Below, piece by piece: positions 7,669 through 10,086 of a stretch of DNA of 10,086 nt. A program made the translations under genes and the position numbers. Every line of letters starts with the position of its first letter. Within the stretch, counting starts at the first letter, position 1. The notes beneath the pieces were generated by a model. It was not told the origin of the DNA, ran no database searches, and saw nothing but the letters and a program-made list of their open reading frames with translations. Origin of the DNA: Myxococcota bacterium (GTDB taxonomy: Bacteria > Myxococcota_A > UBA796 > GCA-2862545); NCBI GenBank assembly GCA_039208735.1, contig JBCCQY010000235.1, positions 1-10,086 on the forward strand. The letters run 5' to 3'.

Positions 7669-9255
7669 ATGGGTGTGGACTTAGCCACCATCGATGTCGT
7701 CATCATCGTGTTGTACGCGCTGGGATCGATCGGCCTGGGCGTGGCCCTAGGCCGCAACAACCACGATGCAGAAGACTACTTCCTCGCGGGCCGAAACATG
7801 CGGTGGCCGGTCATCGGCAGCTCCCTGTACGCGTCAAACATCTCAACGACCACGTTGGTGGGGCTCGCGGGGGCTGCGTACACCGCAGGCATTGCGGTCT
7901 ACAACTACGAGTGGATGGCCGTCCTCGCGTTGGTCGGCTTCGCCTTGTTCTTCGTACGACCGGTGTTGCGATCGGGCGTCTACACGATGCCGGAATTCCT
8001 CGATCGGCGCTACGGCCCACGGGTTCGGACGTACTTTGCACTCCTCACGTTGTTCCTCAACATCGTCGTGGACACGGCAGGCAGCCTCTTTGCCGGCGCT
8101 GTGCTCTTCGAACTCGTGTTTCCGGCCGCTCCCTTCTGGCTCCTCATCGTAGTTCTCGCGCTAGCGGCGGGCCTCTACACGGTGGTGGGGGGCCTCGCCG
8201 CGGTCATGGTCACCGATGCGATCCAGGCCGTGATCCTGACCGTCGCTGCGGCCATCATCTTCGTCTTCGCGCTCGATGAAGTGGGCGGGTGGACCGCCCT
8301 CATCGACACCATCGAGCGCACCACGCCCGAGAAGCTCAGCCTGATCCGGCCCCTTGATGATCCCCATTTGCCCTGGTTTGGACTCGTACTAGGCGTGCCG
8401 ATTCTCGGCTTCTACTTTTGGTGCACAAACCAATTCATGATTCAGCGCGTGCTTGCCGCCCGCGACGAGACCGAGGGCCGCTTGGGCATGCTGTTCGCGG
8501 GGTTCCTGAAGCTCCCTACGCTGTTTTTCATGGTTCTTCCTGGCACTGCCGCCATCGTCCTGTACCCGAACCTCGAAAGCGCCAACGACGTGTACCCCAC
8601 GCTGTTGTTCGATCTCATGCCCCACGGCCTTCTCGGCCTTGCCCTGGCGGGGTTTGTCGCGGCGTTGATGAGCCAGATCGATTCCACGCTGAGTTCGGCA
8701 TCGACGCTCGTGACCATGGACTTCATCCGGCCTTGGCGGCCCGATCTCACCCCGCAACAACTGATGCGAGTCGGCCAGGGGGCCACCCTGGTCTTCATGG
8801 GGTTCGCGGTGTTGTGGGCACCTCAGATCCAGCGCTTTCCCGACTTGTTTAGCTACTTACAGGCCGTGCTCGCCTACGCTGTCGGGCCGGTGGTGGCCCT
8901 GTTTGGGTTCGGGGTGCTGTGGAAACGAGCGAACACGACTGGAGCAGAGGCCGCGATCGTGGTCGGAGGACTCACCGGAGCGGTATTGTTCTATGGCATC
9001 CAGATCGCAGGCTGGCCGCTGCATTTCCTCTACGCTGCACCGCTGGGAATGGCGGCCAGCAGTGTAGCCCTCGTCGTGGGTTCACTGTGGACGTCTCCTC
9101 CCCCTTCCGAGCGGGTGGAGGGGTTGGTCTGGACTCCGGATCAATGGGCGGACGACGCACGGCAGCTCGCCGGCCAGCCCTGGTATCGTGACTACCGCGT
9201 ACTCTCCGGCTTACTCGTGGCCTTGACCGTGGCCATCGTCGTCGCGTTCGCGTAG
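7669..9255 (+). CDS. Sodium:solute symporter (SSS/SLC5, SGLT-like sugar branch)
   Basis: 528-aa polytopic membrane protein with DYFLAGR, ASNIS, YEW, TMPEFLDRRY, GGLAAVMVTD, WCTNQF..QRVLAA, FLKL and STLVTMD motifs. GAGGAGG RBS at 7656-7662. Confidence 0.95.
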   Translation: MGVDLATIDVVIIVLYALGSIGLGVALGRNNHDAEDYFLAGRNMRWPVIGSSLYASNISTTTLVGLAGAAYTAGIAVYNYEWMAVLALVGFALFFVRPVLRSGVYTMPEFLDRRYGPRVRTYFALLTLFLNIVVDTAGSLFAGAVLFELVFPAAPFWLLIVVLALAAGLYTVVGGLAAVMVTDAIQAVILTVAAAIIFVFALDEVGGWTALIDTIERTTPEKLSLIRPLDDPHLPWFGLVLGVPILGFYFWCTNQFMIQRVLAARDETEGRLGMLFAGFLKLPTLFFMVLPGTAAIVLYPNLESANDVYPTLLFDLMPHGLLGLALAGFVAALMSQIDSTLSSASTLVTMDFIRPWRPDLTPQQLMRVGQGATLVFMGFAVLWAPQIQRFPDLFSYLQAVLAYAVGPVVALFGFGVLWKRANTTGAEAAIVVGGLTGAVLFYGIQIAGWPLHFLYAAPLGMAASSVALVVGSLWTSPPPSERVEGLVWTPDQWADDARQLAGQPWYRDYRVLSGLLVALTVAIVVAFA

Positions 9256-9333
9256 TCGGGTCCCCAAATGCGATGCAAAAACATGGCCGGTGGAAAAGGG
9301 GAGCCCCGTCTGAAGAGGTGCATGGAGGGATGA

Positions 9334-10086
9334 ATGCTGTTGAGCCTGCTGTGGGGCACCGCGGTGGCAACTGGGCCCGAGGTGGAACGCACCGCGGTCG
9401 TCGTAGGAGCCAATGAGGCGCCTCCGGGGAGAGCAAGACTCCGCTACGCCTACCACGACGCGGAGCGTGTCGCGCAGACCCTCATCGAGGTCGGAGGCTT
9501 CTCGGAAGACCAGGTGATCGTCCTACGCGACCCCGAGCCCACCGAGCTGCTGGACACCCTTGCGCAGGTGCCCGCCTCCGACATGTTGGTCTTCTTTTAC
9601 TCGGGCCACGCCGACGACCATCAGCTCTTTCCCTCGGGCGCTCCCCTGGCCATTCAGACCCTCCAAGCGACCCTTGACCGCGTACCGGCCAAGCTCCGCG
9701 TGGGCGTGCTCGATGCTTGCCGTGGAGGCGGCTGGACGGGAACCAAAGGTCTGGTCGCCGCACCTTCGTTCCCCTTACCGAAGCCTACCCAGCAAGGAAC
9801 CGTCTACCTCGCCGCCAGTTCGGGGGCCGAAGACGCTCACGAGGCCGACGTGGTGTCAGGGGGCTTCTTCACCCACCATTGGACGGCCGGCCTGCGGGGT
9901 CCCGCGGATGCGAATGCGGATGGGCGGGTGACCATCGACGAGTCGTTTGCGTATGCCCGCGCCTACACGGTCCGCGACTCGACGGTCTATGCGGGCGAAC
10001 CACAGCATCCCAGCTTCAAAATGGAGCTGCGGGGGCGAGATCCGGTGGTGCTGGCGGACCTGCGCAGCCAACGGTCGACCCTCGAA
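9334..10086 (+). CDS. Caspase-family (peptidase C14, metacaspase/orthocaspase-like) protein with probable signal peptide; truncated by the right edge
   Basis: Manual translation from the ATG at 9334 (GGAGG at 9324-9328): MLLSLLWGTAVATGPEVERTAVVVGANE...LRYAYHDAERVAQTL...LVFFYSGHAD...VGVLDACRGG...LAASSGAEDAHE...GGFFTHHWTAGLRGPADANADGRVTIDESFAYA...QHPSF. Catalytic H92 at 9607-9609 and C129 at 9718-9720. Open for 251 codons to the end. Not in the supplied ORF track. Confidence 0.9.
   Translation, partial: MLLSLLWGTAVATGPEVERTAVVVGANEAPPGRARLRYAYHDAERVAQTLIEVGGFSEDQVIVLRDPEPTELLDTLAQVPASDMLVFFYSGHADDHQLFPSGAPLAIQTLQATLDRVPAKLRVGVLDACRGGGWTGTKGLVAAPSFPLPKPTQQGTVYLAASSGAEDAHEADVVSGGFFTHHWTAGLRGPADANADGRVTIDESFAYARAYTVRDSTVYAGEPQHPSFKMELRGRDPVVLADLRSQRSTLE

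Noticed and set aside
9256..9333. Possible terminator or ECF promoter between the SSS and caspase genes (GGAAA...CGTCT; GGGGAGCCCC)
   Set aside because: The spacing is too short for an ECF -35/-10 pair, the stem is weak, and there is no U-tract.
1..10086. CRISPR arrays, tRNA/rRNA, IS elements, integrases or att-like flanking repeats
   Set aside because: None seen by eye; almost all of the sequence is accounted for by the eight CDSs.

Overview
This GC-rich bacterial window holds three unrelated modules; a Myxococcota-like host is my inference from the flanking genes. (1) 1-1768, minus strand: a translationally coupled Tad/Flp minor-pilin cassette of a TadG-like vWA protein and two TadE-like pseudopilins. 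The last TadE runs off the left edge and is missing from the ORF track. (2) About 1981-9255: a compact sugar-utilisation locus, most likely for sucrose. A sigma70-like promoter with a perfect 16-bp LacI-type operator precedes a TonB-dependent receptor and a GH13_4 enzyme with sucrose-hydrolase rather than amylosucrase signature residues. An antisense LacI repressor and a sodium:solute symporter (SSS) follow. (3) 9334 to the right edge: a probably exported caspase-family (peptidase C14) protein with intact His-Cys motifs, also missing from the ORF track. The most interesting points are an SSS transporter with altered sugar- and Na-site residues where Xanthomonas-type sux loci have an MFS permease, and a gene layout suggesting a non-contiguous operon reading through the antisense repressor. 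I found no CRISPR array, RNA gene or mobile element.
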